Origin: Ilumatobacteraceae bacterium | GTDB lineage: Bacteria; Actinomycetota; Acidimicrobiia; Acidimicrobiales; Ilumatobacteraceae | DNA: 64,000 nt | Reading direction: 5' to 3' | Assembly (NCBI GenBank): GCA_963778175.1 | Contig: CAVZTM010000018.1 | Span: 31,628 to 95,627 of the forward strand | In this document: piece by piece, positions 52,310 to 61,701 of the stretch | Layout of the letters: each line of letters starts with the position of its first letter | Position numbering within the stretch: the first letter of the stretch is position 1 | The notes under the pieces: model-generated | Databases searched by the model: none | Told to the model about the DNA's origin: nothing | Seen by the model: the letters and a program-made list of their open reading frames with translations, nothing else | Position numbers and translations under genes: made by a program

Positions 52310-53327
52310 ATGGGGAGATACAACACAACAGCAGCAGTACTGGCATCGATCGTGTTCGTCGGGCTGGGGGTCTCGGCATGCGGCAGCGACAGCGATTCGT
52401 CGTCGGCGATCCACCGTGTTCACGCGAGGAGGCTCCCGCAGCACGCGCAGGCGACGGCGTGGCGCCCACCGAGACGACACCGGCGACGACCGGCAGCTCC
52501 GAGCAGCGACCCGAGATCGCCGGTCGAGAGCACGGACGGGCGCTGGCCAAGGTCGCGGCGTCACCGTCGCCACGTCGGACGTTCGCCGAGCGATCGATGA
52601 CACGCTCGCGGCCGTCGAACGCAACGGTGCGAGCGTGTACACCGCCGACGTGAACATCGGCGACGAACGCAAGGACGGCAGCGTCGACGGGTCGGGCTAC
52701 TTCGTCGTGAAGGTGCCGCCCGAACAGCTCGAACCGCTGATCACCGACCTCGGTTCCACGGTGGGCACGATCAGCGGACGCACGCAGGACACCTCCGACG
52801 TGACCGACCAACTCGTCGACCTCGACATCCGCATCGGCGTGGAACGTGACGTGATCGAACGCTTCCAGGTCCTGCTGACCCAGGCGACCGAGTTCCAGGA
52901 CATCGTCGAGATCGAACGCGTCATCAGCGAACGCACGATCTCACTCGAACAGCTGCTGGCCAGTCAGCGCACCCTCGAGGGCCGAGTCGAGTTGTCGACC
53001 CTGACGGTCACCCTGCAGTACGTCGCGCCGACGCCAGAACCGGCGGCGACGTCGACCAACAGCATCACCGACGCATGGCGTACCGGATGGGACGTGTTCA
53101 TCGGCATCGTCTTCGCGATCGGGCTGGTGCTCGCCGTGGCCGCCCCGTTCCTCGCCACCGGGGCCCTGGTCCTGACCACGATCTGGTTCGTCGGTCGGCG
53201 TCGATCCCGTCGGGTCGCTCCGATGATCCCGTCGACTGGCGCGACGACCGGCGCATCGACCGGCGATCAGACCGCCGGTGTCACCGAGCGCGAGGACCAG
53301 CTCGAAGCGCCCAACCCGCAACGGTGA
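52310..53327 (+). pseudogene. DUF4349-like lipoprotein with C-terminal TM segments, two frame changes in the N-terminal ~250 nt
   Basis: Lipobox GLGVSACGS (ORF 52310..52600). A linker lies in the ORF 52093..52653 frame. The body is in ORF 52416..53327, ending in two hydrophobic helices. Confidence 0.6.
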
Positions 53328-53964
53328 GTACCAGGTCGCTCGTGCTGCCGTCGGGGAACGCGAAGGGCGAGCGAACGCCGGTGTGAGCGGTGACCGAGGG
53401 CAGCGCCAACGGGGCGAGGTGATCGCCGACGGTCGTCCAGCGATGCCAACGGTGCGCCGGGATCTCGGCGAGTTCGAGCCGTGGTTCACCCAGCACGTCG
53501 ATGACGCCGTGCACCACACCGGCCTGCTCGTACCCGGCCTGCTCGTACCCTGCCTCCGAGTCGTCGCGGCCGACGAGCGATCTGGCGGCGGCGGTCGCGT
53601 ACCATTCGAGGTCGAATGCGATCGGGGTCGGGTCGCCGTAGGCCAGGCCGAGGGCGTCCTCGGGGTGCTCGATCGCCGAGGCATAGGTCTCGTTGCCGAT
53701 CGACCACTGCTCCATGTCGGCGTCGCAGTGGTGCTCCGCCCACAGCGCCTCGCCCTTGACGATGAAGGGGTCGGATCGAACCGGGACCTCGAAGTCGGTG
53801 ATGTGGAGCAGCGGGCGGCCCTCCCGGGCGAGCGCCGCCCAGTACCACGCGGTCCGACCGACGAGGCGGTGGCCGGAGATCACCCCGAGCCGCGCGTCGG
53901 GCGTCCAGGCGGCGAACACCCATTCCTCGATCGCGAGCCTCGGTGTGGCGGCCTTCGTGCGCAC
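53281..53964 (-). CDS. hypothetical protein
   Basis: Intact 227-aa ORF with coding-like composition. Contains an AGYEQAGYEQAG duplication. The 3' end overlaps the convergent DUF4349 gene by 47 nt, so the last residues are doubtful. Confidence 0.5.
   Translation of the reverse strand: MRTKAATPRLAIEEWVFAAWTPDARLGVISGHRLVGRTAWYWAALAREGRPLLHITDFEVPVRSDPFIVKGEALWAEHHCDADMEQWSIGNETYASAIEHPEDALGLAYGDPTPIAFDLEWYATAAARSLVGRDDSEAGYEQAGYEQAGVVHGVIDVLGEPRLELAEIPAHRWHRWTTVGDHLAPLALPSVTAHTGVRSPFAFPDGSTSDLVLTVAGWALRAGPRAR
53521..53550. repeat. perfect 15-nt tandem duplication (GGCCTGCTCGTACCC x2)
   Basis: Read directly from the sequence. In-frame; gives the YEQAG duplication in the minus-strand ORF. Confidence 0.9.
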
Positions 53965-54038
53965 GGTCCCCGTGCAGAGGGTCCCGCGGGATCACGGACG
54001 TCGGCGGAAGGAGGCACCATCAGGCAGACTACGAACCC

Positions 54039-54431
54039 ATGCTCCGATATCTCAGTCTCGACTGGATCAACGCGCTGTCCGAGGAAGTCGCTCGGAGCGA
54101 GCATCTGCGCGAGATCGCCACGTCGCATCGCATCGGCGTCACCCAGGTGGTGAGTGACGGGCCGGAGGGCGACGTGACCTATCACCTGACGGTCGCCGAC
54201 GGGGAAGCCGCGTTCGGCGCCGGGCCGGCCGACCCCGAGGACGTCAAGATGGAGCAGGACTGGGAGACCGCGGTCGCCGTCGCGACCGGCACGTTGAATG
54301 CCCAGGAGGCCTTCATCGGCGGTCGGATCCGGCTCTTCGGCGATCAACAGAAACTGCTCGACGCGCAGCCGGTGTTCGGAGCGCTCGACGCGGTGTTCTC
54401 CTCCGTCCGGGAGCGCACGACCTACGAGTGA
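54039..54431 (+). CDS. SCP2 sterol-binding-domain protein
   Basis: ORF 53943..54431; ATG 54039 (MLRYLSLDW...). Contains GTLNAQEAFIGGRIRLFGDQQKL. Confidence 0.75.
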   Translation: MLRYLSLDWINALSEEVARSEHLREIATSHRIGVTQVVSDGPEGDVTYHLTVADGEAAFGAGPADPEDVKMEQDWETAVAVATGTLNAQEAFIGGRIRLFGDQQKLLDAQPVFGALDAVFSSVRERTTYE

Positions 54432-54496
54432 CGGCCTCACGTAACGACTGGTGTCAGACACCAGGAGATCGTCCCGACAGTGACCGAGGAGGATCG

Positions 54497-55364
54497 ATGC
54501 CTGAAATGCCCGAGATCCAGGCGCACGCCGAGCGCCTCACGGATCAGTTCGCCGGTCGCGTCCTCGCCCGGTTCACGCCGTTCAACTTCACGGCACTCAA
54601 GACGGCGGTACCCCCACCTTCGGATGCGTACGGTCACCCGCTGATCGAGGTGGACCGTCGCGGCAAGTACCTGCTCGCCCGCTTCGAACCGGTGACGTTC
54701 GTGATCCATCTGATGCAGGGCGGACGCCTGCTGGCCGACGACAAGCGATCGGCCAAGCCACGGGGTGGGCAGGCCAGGCTCAGCTTCGAGCCGATCGAAC
54801 TCGCCGATGGTTCCATCGACGAGACGGCGTTGCTGCTCACGGAGCAGGGCAAGGAACGGCGAGCCGGCGTGTGGTGCGTGCCCTCGGGCACGGTGATGAC
54901 TGCACCCCCGCTCGACAAACTCGGCCCGGAGGCGGCGACGATCTCCGACGACGAACTTGCCGGGTTGTTCGCCGCGAACTCGATGCGGGTGCACGGATTC
55001 CTGCGCGACCAGCGGATGATCGCCGGCATCGGGCGGCGCTTGGCGAACGAGGTGTGCCACCGCGCTCGGGTCTCACCCTTCGCCAACACCCGCAAGCTCG
55101 GCGCTGCCGGAGCTGCCGTCGTCGCCGGCGCCATCCGTTCGTGCATCGCCGAGGGTCTCGACGTACGAGCGAACCCGCACGGACATGAGCTCCTCGAAGG
55201 ATCGACCCGCGGCGATGCATGCTCGTACCGGTGAGCCCTGCCCGGACTGCGGCGATCAGGTGCGGGCCGTCGAGTACTCGGGCTACACCGTGAACTACTG
55301 CGCGACCTGCCAGACCGGCGGCAAGGTGCTCGCCGACAACACGACCAGCAAGTTCCTCAAGTAG
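54497..55364 (+). pseudogene. Fpg/Nei-family DNA glycosylase, one frame change near 55155
   Basis: GGAGG precedes ATG 54497 (MPEMPEIQAHAERL; an N-terminal Pro is available from either Met). H2TH IAGIGRRLANEVCHRARVSP. The zinc finger EPCPDCGD...YCATCQTGGKVL is in another frame and ends at TAG 55362-64. Confidence 0.8.
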
Positions 55365-55387
55365 CGCCGGCCGAATACGCTCGGGAC

Positions 55388-56104
55388 ATGCCGATCCATC
55401 TGCGAGCCGAGCCGGGCGACTACGCCCCCAACGTCCTGTGCCCTGGTGACCCCCTCCGCGCGAAGTACATCGCCGAGACGTTCTTCGATCCGGGAGCCCG
55501 GCAGGTGAACGCGGAGCGGGGCATGCTCGGCTACACGGGCACCTTCGACGGCAAGCCGATCAGCGTCCAGTCGACCGGGATGGGCTGCCCCAGCGCCGGA
55601 ATCGTGTTCGAGGAGCTGATCATGTTGGGCGCAACCCGGCTGGTGCGCGTCGGCACCTGTGGCGGGCTCGGCGATGGCATGGCGATGGGCGACACCGTGA
55701 TCGGCGCTGTCGCCTCCAGCGACGACCAGACACCGTTTCGCTACGCACAGATGACGGGATATGCGCCGAGCGCGACGTTCTCGCTGGTCGAGACCGCGGC
55801 CCGCCTCAGCCGGGAGGGCTCGGCCGGCGCGGTTCATGTCGGGCCGATCGTCACGTCGGGGCTGTTCTACGACCCCGATCCGACGACGTTCGCCAGATGG
55901 AAGCGGCTCGGTCACATCGGTGTCGAGATGGAGGCGGCGATGATGTACACGATTGCCGCGGTGAAGGGCATCGAGGCCCTGGCGATGATGACGGTGAGCG
56001 ATCTGCTCGGGGAGTCCGGCGACAGCGTCAGGATCAGCGACGAGGAGCTGAAGGCGGGCGTGGATCAGATGATGCGCATAAGTTGCGCCGTCGCCGTGTC
56101 ATGA
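55388..56104 (+). CDS. deoD: purine nucleoside phosphorylase, DeoD type
   Basis: Intact 238-aa ORF with CPGDPLRAKYIAETF, RGMLGYTGTF, GVEMEAA. Confidence 0.9.
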   Translation: MPIHLRAEPGDYAPNVLCPGDPLRAKYIAETFFDPGARQVNAERGMLGYTGTFDGKPISVQSTGMGCPSAGIVFEELIMLGATRLVRVGTCGGLGDGMAMGDTVIGAVASSDDQTPFRYAQMTGYAPSATFSLVETAARLSREGSAGAVHVGPIVTSGLFYDPDPTTFARWKRLGHIGVEMEAAMMYTIAAVKGIEALAMMTVSDLLGESGDSVRISDEELKAGVDQMMRISCAVAVS

Positions 56105-56160
56105 TTTGCGCATCCGGCCGCCGCCGGGAACTTCTCTGACTCCGGGAGCGTCCTACCACC

Positions 56161-56938
56161 ATGATTCCTCGCACCGCAATCGCACTCGTCGCCCTGTCCG
56201 CCCTCGCCGTTCGCCGCGTGTGGGAGCGACTCCGACTCCGCCTCGGGCTCGACGCCGACCGCCGACGACCTGGCGGGCCAGGCATTCGAATCGACCGAGG
56301 TCACCGGGTACGACCTCGTCGAGGGGACGACGATCAAGCTCGGTTTCGAGACCGACACGCTCGGCGCTCAGGCCGGCTGCAACACCCAGAGCGGCGGCTA
56401 CACGATCGCTGACGGCGCGCTCGACGTGTCCGCCATGGCATCGACGATGATGGCCTGCGACGAGGCACTGATGGAGCAGGACACGTGGCTCGCCGAGTTC
56501 CTCACCAGCAGCCCCGAGATCTCCCTCGACGGCGACACGCTCACCCTGACCGGTTCGGACGCCACGATCAGCCTCGAAGCCGTCGCGGCGACACCGCTCG
56601 AAGGCACGACCTGGGTGCTCACCGGGACCGTGGCCACCGAGGCGATCTCGTCGCTCCCGGCCGATGCCGAGGCGACACTCACGATCACCGACGGGCAGGC
56701 AGCGATCCAGACCGGCTGCAACAGCGGCTCCGGAACCGTCGAGATCACCGACACCACGATGACGTTCGGTCCGATCGCGATCACCAAGATGGCCTGCCCG
56801 GAGGAGCTCACGACGCTCGAGAACAGCGTCCTGGCCGTCTTCGACGGTGAGGTCACCTACGAGATCGCCGGCGACAAGCTGTCGATCCGCAAGGCTGCCG
56901 CCGACGGCGAGATCGGCCTCGAGTACACCGCCCAGTAG
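56161..56938 (+). pseudogene. META-domain (HslJ-like) lipoprotein, two META repeats, one frame change near 56212
   Basis: Signal peptide MIPRTAIALVALSALAV is in ORF 56161... The lipobox AACGS and the rest are in the frame of ORF 56426..56938 (GCNTQSGGY, GCNSGSG, MACPEE). Confidence 0.7.
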
Positions 56939-56986
56939 GCCGCCCAGTTGGCCGGACGTCCGGTCAGACCGTCCTCACCGGCGAGA

Positions 56987-57640
56987 TCAGATGGTGCACA
57001 ACAGCTTGTCGAGTCCGACGACGTCGAGGACGACGATTCGGCCTCGACAGGTCTGGATCAAACCGGCTCGCCGGAACTGTGAGAGCGCTCGCGCCGTCGA
57101 CTCCCGTGTGGCGCCGATCCACTCGGCGAGATCGGACTGGGTCATCGGCAACTCGAAGACGTCACCGCCCGTGCCGTGACGCATCATCAACGACGCAAGC
57201 TCGACGAGCATGCGACCGGTCCGAACCGTCGCGCTGGACGAGCTCCGTGCGATCAGACGATCGTTCGCCCTCCGCAGCTGGGCGCTGAGGCTCTGGCACA
57301 CCGACATCCAGTACTCGGGCCGTTCCGAGATGGCGCGGAGAAACCGGTCGCTCGAGAGCTCGGCAACGACGCTGTGCTCGACAGCCCGTGCGCTTGCCGA
57401 GCGGGGTCGTCCGTCGATCGCCGACAACTCACCGAACTCGTCGCCGGCGGTCTTCATCCCGAGGAGCAGCTCCTGGCCGGACGGCAGTGACACGAACAGA
57501 CGAATCCGTCCCTGGACACACGCGTAGACGCTGGCCGAGTGGTCGCCTTCGAGGAACAAGAGCTCACCGGGGACGAGGCTCCGCCGCCGGCCGAGGTCGG
57601 CGACCAGGAACCCTATGGCAGGTGCTTCGACCGTGGTCAT
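56987..57640 (-). CDS. Crp/Fnr-family transcriptional regulator
   Basis: Intact 217-aa ORF. cNMP-binding fold (FGELSAIDGRPRSASA) and C-terminal HTH TQSDLAEWIGATRESTARALSQF. Confidence 0.9.
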   Translation of the reverse strand: MTTVEAPAIGFLVADLGRRRSLVPGELLFLEGDHSASVYACVQGRIRLFVSLPSGQELLLGMKTAGDEFGELSAIDGRPRSASARAVEHSVVAELSSDRFLRAISERPEYWMSVCQSLSAQLRRANDRLIARSSSSATVRTGRMLVELASLMMRHGTGGDVFELPMTQSDLAEWIGATRESTARALSQFRRAGLIQTCRGRIVVLDVVGLDKLLCTI

Positions 57641-57686
57641 GTCCCCTCCAGCGGCAAACGGGAGCCCGTCGGGCGACCGTCCGCTG

Positions 57687-57702
57687 TGTGATGCAGGTCA
57701 TA
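57687..57702. promoter_or_regulatory. CRP-like site TGTGA-N6-TCATA in the divergent intergenic region
   Basis: TGTGATGCAGGTCATA has one mismatch to TGTGA-N6-TCACA. It is centred about 54 nt from the crp ATG and about 74 nt from ATG 57769. Confidence 0.45.
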
Positions 57703-57726
57703 GACCGTAGACGAGTTCAGGAGCAT

Positions 57727-57747
57727 GGTTGAACAGACACATCAACC
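57727..57747. promoter_or_regulatory. inverted repeat GGTTGA-N9-TCAACC upstream of ORF 57769
   Basis: Perfect 6-bp arms, 22-42 nt upstream of the ATG. A GGGAG RBS follows at about 57756. Confidence 0.35.
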
Positions 57748-57768
57748 GCCACTACGGGAGCACGATTC

Positions 57769-58395
57769 ATGTACTTGTTCAGCCGATCCACCCTGGCCAC
57801 CCTCGGCAAGGAGCTCGAAGCCATCCCTGCCTCCGTCGAGGTCGCCGCCCTCGTCACGAAGATCACCGGGAGGGAGGTCAACACGTTCACCGGCATCTAC
57901 GGCGTGCCACAGGGATCGGTCATGTGGAGCGCTCGAGCGGAGTCACACGCCGACCTGCAGGCCGTCACCGAGAAGCTCATGGTCGACCAGGGCTACCTCG
58001 ACATGTTGCAGTCGATGCAGGGGCTGTTCATGACGCCGGCTGAGGACCAGTTCAGTCGAGTGATCACCGATCCGATCGCGGCCGCGACCTCCCGGTTCTA
58101 CGGCATCACCCGGGCGGTGATGGCATCCGGCAAGTACGGCCCGGCGATGGAGTTCGGTGTGGAAGTCTCCAACTACATGGGCAAGGCGCTCAACACGCAG
58201 TCGTCGTTCGTGAAGTCGGGGTACGGGGCATTCGCCGGTGTGGCGTGGATCCTGGGCTTCGATTCCGCGGAGGACATCGACCGGTTCGACGACTTCCAGA
58301 TGTCGGACGCCGGTTACCTCAAGTTGGTCGAGAAGGCGGGCGATCTGTTCGTCGAGAACACCGGATTCACGAGCCTGATCGAGAAGATCGGCTGA
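57769..58395 (+). CDS. hypothetical protein made of two homologous ~100-aa halves
   Basis: Intact 208-aa ORF with an RBS. The halves align at GK, VEV, YG, W, S..D, GYL and G.LF positions (details in findings). I recognise no family. Confidence 0.7.
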   Translation: MYLFSRSTLATLGKELEAIPASVEVAALVTKITGREVNTFTGIYGVPQGSVMWSARAESHADLQAVTEKLMVDQGYLDMLQSMQGLFMTPAEDQFSRVITDPIAAATSRFYGITRAVMASGKYGPAMEFGVEVSNYMGKALNTQSSFVKSGYGAFAGVAWILGFDSAEDIDRFDDFQMSDAGYLKLVEKAGDLFVENTGFTSLIEKIG

Positions 58396-58402
58396 TCACG
58401 CG

Positions 58403-58439
58403 CCGACCGTGCAGCTCGGCGGGGAGCTGCAGGGTCGGG
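58403..58439. terminator. stem-loop between convergent ORF 57769 and mdh
   Basis: CCGACCGTGCAGCTC-ggcgggg-GAGCTGCAGGGTCGG: 15-bp stem with one mismatch. No clear U-tract. Confidence 0.5.
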
Positions 58440-58452
58440 ACGCGGACACACC

Positions 58453-59439
58453 TCAGATCAGGCCGAGTTCGGCGACGGCGTCGCGTTCGCTGACGAGTTC
58501 CTCGGCCGTGGCATCGATCTTGGCGCGACTGAACTCGTCGATCTCGAGGCCTTGGACGATCTCGTACGAGCCGTCCTTGCACACGCACGGGAACGACGAG
58601 ATGATCCCCTCCGGGACGCCGTAGCTGCCGTCGCTCACGATGGCCATCGACACCCAGTCGCCTTCCGGTGTGCCGAGGGTCCAGTCGCGGACGTGATCGA
58701 CCGCAGCGGAGGCCGCCGAGGCCGCCGACGACGAGCCGCGGGCGTCGATGATCGCCGCACCCCGCTTGGCGACGGTCGGGATGTAGGTCGAGTCGTACCA
58801 CTCGTGGTCGCCGACCGCGTCGTACGCGCGGGTGCCGTTGACCTCACAGTGGAACAGGTCCGGGTACTGCGTCGTGGAGTGGTTGCCCCAGATCGTCATC
58901 TTGGTGATGTCGTTGACGGACACGCCGAGCCGCTGGGCGAGCTGGGCCTTGGCCCGGTTGTGGTCGAGCCTGGTCATCGCAGTGAACTGGCGCGGATCGA
59001 GATCGGCCGAGTTGCGCTGGGCGATGAGGGCATTGGTGTTGGCAGGATTACCGACGACGAGCACCTTCACCGCCGGTGTCGCCGAACGGGACAGCGCCTC
59101 ACCCTGGGGCTTGAAGATGCCGCCGTTGGCCGACAGCAGGTCGGCGCGCTCCATCCCGGCCTTGCGAGGCATCGAGCCGACGAGGATCGCGATGTCGGCG
59201 TCGCCGAAGGCCGTGTCGGCATCGTCCGTGCACACCACGTCGCTCAGCAGTGGGAATGCGCAGTCGTCGAGCTCCATCCGGACCCCTTCGAGCGCGCCGA
59301 GCGCCGGCGTGATCTCGAGGAGTTGCAGCGACACGGGCGTGTCGGGCCCGAGCATCGAGCCCGAGGCAATGCGGAAGAGGATGCTGTAGCCGATCTGGCC
59401 AGCAGCACCGGTGACGGCGACGCGAACGGGAGTGGTCAT
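58453..59439 (-). CDS. mdh: malate dehydrogenase (NAD-dependent)
   Basis: Last 328 aa of ORF 58453..61209, from [27 protein letters not shown]. Contains [22 protein letters not shown]. Confidence 0.95.
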   Translation of the reverse strand: MTTPVRVAVTGAAGQIGYSILFRIASGSMLGPDTPVSLQLLEITPALGALEGVRMELDDCAFPLLSDVVCTDDADTAFGDADIAILVGSMPRKAGMERADLLSANGGIFKPQGEALSRSATPAVKVLVVGNPANTNALIAQRNSADLDPRQFTAMTRLDHNRAKAQLAQRLGVSVNDITKMTIWGNHSTTQYPDLFHCEVNGTRAYDAVGDHEWYDSTYIPTVAKRGAAIIDARGSSSAASAASAAVDHVRDWTLGTPEGDWVSMAIVSDGSYGVPEGIISSFPCVCKDGSYEIVQGLEIDEFSRAKIDATAEELVSERDAVAELGLI

Positions 59440-59479
59440 GTCTCCGAGCGTACGCCCGCCGCCCGACCGGCCCCAAGAA

Positions 59480-59515
59480 TGAGACGCGGGTGACGGGGTC
59501 AGACCCTGCGTCTCA
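59480..59515. repeat. 29-nt palindromic repeat, degenerate copy with a 4-7 nt insertion
   Basis: TGAGACGCGGG-TGAC-GGGGTC-A-GACCCTGCGTCTCA. The acyltransferase stop (TCA 59517-19) follows by 1 nt, as at sdhB. Lies upstream of mdh. Confidence 0.7.
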
Positions 59516-59516
59516 T

Positions 59517-61663
59517 TCAGATCTGACCGAGGACCTTGCCGATGATGTCGGCGAAGTAGTTCTGTCCGCTCTGGGTCAGGTGGATGTTGTCGTCGTAGAA
59601 GCAACGGCCCTGACAGCCCGCCGACAGCACCTCCCAGTCGACGACCGTGACGTTCGGGTGCGTGGCCGGAACGGCCCGGATCCGCGCGATTGTTGTCGGC
59701 GATCCACCCCCGGTCCGCCTTGCCCGTCAGGAGCAGCACCACCGGCACGTTGGCAACCGTTGCGAGCATCTCGTCGAGGGTTTCCTGGCTGAAGCCGCCG
59801 TTGGTGCCGAGATGGATCACGACCACCGATCCGAACGTGCCGTTGTCGCGCAGCGCCGCCATGGTCGGCACGTAGTTCTTCATCTGACGGCTCACCTGGG
59901 CGTCGACCTGGAAGCCTCGGGCCTGCAGTTCCTCGGCGGCGCCGAGCATCACCGAGTCACCGAGCGCCACCAGCGGGAATCCGGTCGCCGTCGGAGGAAC
60001 CGTCAGCGGCACGAGACCGTCGAGCGACGAGACGACGCCGAGTTGGGTCACCGGCGCCACCGTCGGGAGGGCGGCGACCGGAACGGTCGTCGCCGGTGCA
60101 ACCGTCGTGGGCGGTGCGGTGGTCGGCGGCACGACACTGTCGGGCACGACGGAACCGTCCGGGGTCGTCACCACCGGGGCGACCGCGACTCCGGGATCGA
60201 CGGTCGTCGAGGGTGGCACCGTCGACGTCGACGTCGACGTGGACGTGGTCGTCGACGCCTTCGGGATCTCGTCGACGGCGAGGAGATCGGTCGTGAACTC
60301 CTGGCCGGCCGACAGCGCCTGGGCGATCTCGTTCTGTTCGAGCGGCGCCCGCATGAGCGTCACGCCGAGGATCAGCCCGACCGCCACCGCGAGCGCGATC
60401 CCGCCGTTCAAGAGCAGTTTGGGTCCGCGTGCGGTGCCCGAGCGGGTGCGGCGCCGCCAGGCGGAGAATGCGCCGGTTCGGATCGGGGTCTCGATGAACC
60501 GGTACGAGGCTGCCGCGACGGCGAACGTCAGGATCATGGCGATGACGAACTCGCGGAACGACAGTTTGTTGCCGGCGACGCCACGCATCATCTGGTAGAT
60601 CGGCCAGTGGTACAGGTACAGCCCGTAGGAACGCAGACCGATCCAGACCAGGGCACTGGTGCCGAGCACCCGATTGGCCTTCGCGCCCCGGTGGGTGATC
60701 GCCGCGATCACGGCGACGGTGGCGACGCTCGTGAGGAACAGCCCGCCACGGAACAGGAACGGATCGGCGCCGCTCGGTGTGGCGAGATACGTGTTCCAGC
60801 ACATCCACGCGATGAAGACCAGGCCGACGACGGCGAGCCCGTCGAACATCCGACCCTTGGTGCGCAGCGGACCGCGCAGGATCGCCCGCGGTCGCCACAC
60901 CATCGCGAACGCAGCGCCCAGCAGGATGCCACCGAGCCGGGAGATCGTCCCCAGATAGAGGGTGTCGATCTTGCCGATCGGGCGGTCGCCGATCCACCAG
61001 TACGCCTCGGGCGTGACGGCCGGGTCGCCGGTCGGGCCGGGGTAGAACAGCATCGCCACGACGACCGTGATGACCACCGCGGTGATGAACAGCCAGCGAC
61101 TGACATCGGCCACTTTCCGGGTGCCGCTGCGACCGAGGAGCACGACCATCACGACCGGCCACAGCAGGTAGAACTGCTCCTCCACCGCCAGGCTCCACAG
61201 GTGGCGCAACGGTGCGAAGTCGCCGGCGGACGGTGTACCCCTGGCCGACCCAGATCTGGTAGTAGTTCGACACGTAGAGCAGCCCGGCGATCACGTCGCC
61301 GCGCAACTGTCCGAGCGCCTCGTACTTGAAGATGGCGGTCCATGCGACGACGAACGCCATCATGACGAACAACGCCGGGAGGAGCCGCCGCGCCCGGCGC
61401 GCCCAGAACTGGCGCAGGGAGATGCGGTAGGTGCGTTCACGCTCGGAGATCAGCAGCAGCGTGATCAGGTAGCCCGAGATGACGAAGAACACCTCGACGC
61501 CGAGGAATCCACCGGGCAGCCACTCGCTGTTGGCGTGGTACACCATCACGGCGATCACGGCGAGCGCGCGCATGCCGTCGAGCCCCGGCAGATACGGGAC
61601 ACGACTGATGTGGGCGCGGTCATCCGCGAGCGGTGCGCCCCGCGGTGGGGCGAGCGTCGACAT
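59517..61663 (-). pseudogene. acyltransferase-3 family membrane protein fused to a C-terminal SGNH/GDSL domain (OafA-like), paralogue 1, two frame changes (~61230, ~59680)
   Basis: N-terminus VPYLPGLDGMRALAVIAVMVYH...FFVISGYLIT is in ORF 59957..61846. The middle ([12 protein letters not shown]...) plus [10 protein letters not shown]...HLGTNG is in ORF 58453..61209. The end NVTVVDWEV...[12 protein letters not shown]...GQI-stop is in a third frame. Confidence 0.8.
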
Positions 61664-61701
61664 GGAGCATCCAGTATCGCCGAGCACCGTCGCCGAACGC
61701 G

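Noticed and set aside
58453-61209. 918-aa ORF joining an acyltransferase to malate dehydrogenase
   Set aside because: The junction translates the palindromic repeat and junk (…[14 protein letters not shown]…). mdh has its own ATG at 59439. The acyltransferase ends in another frame at 59517.
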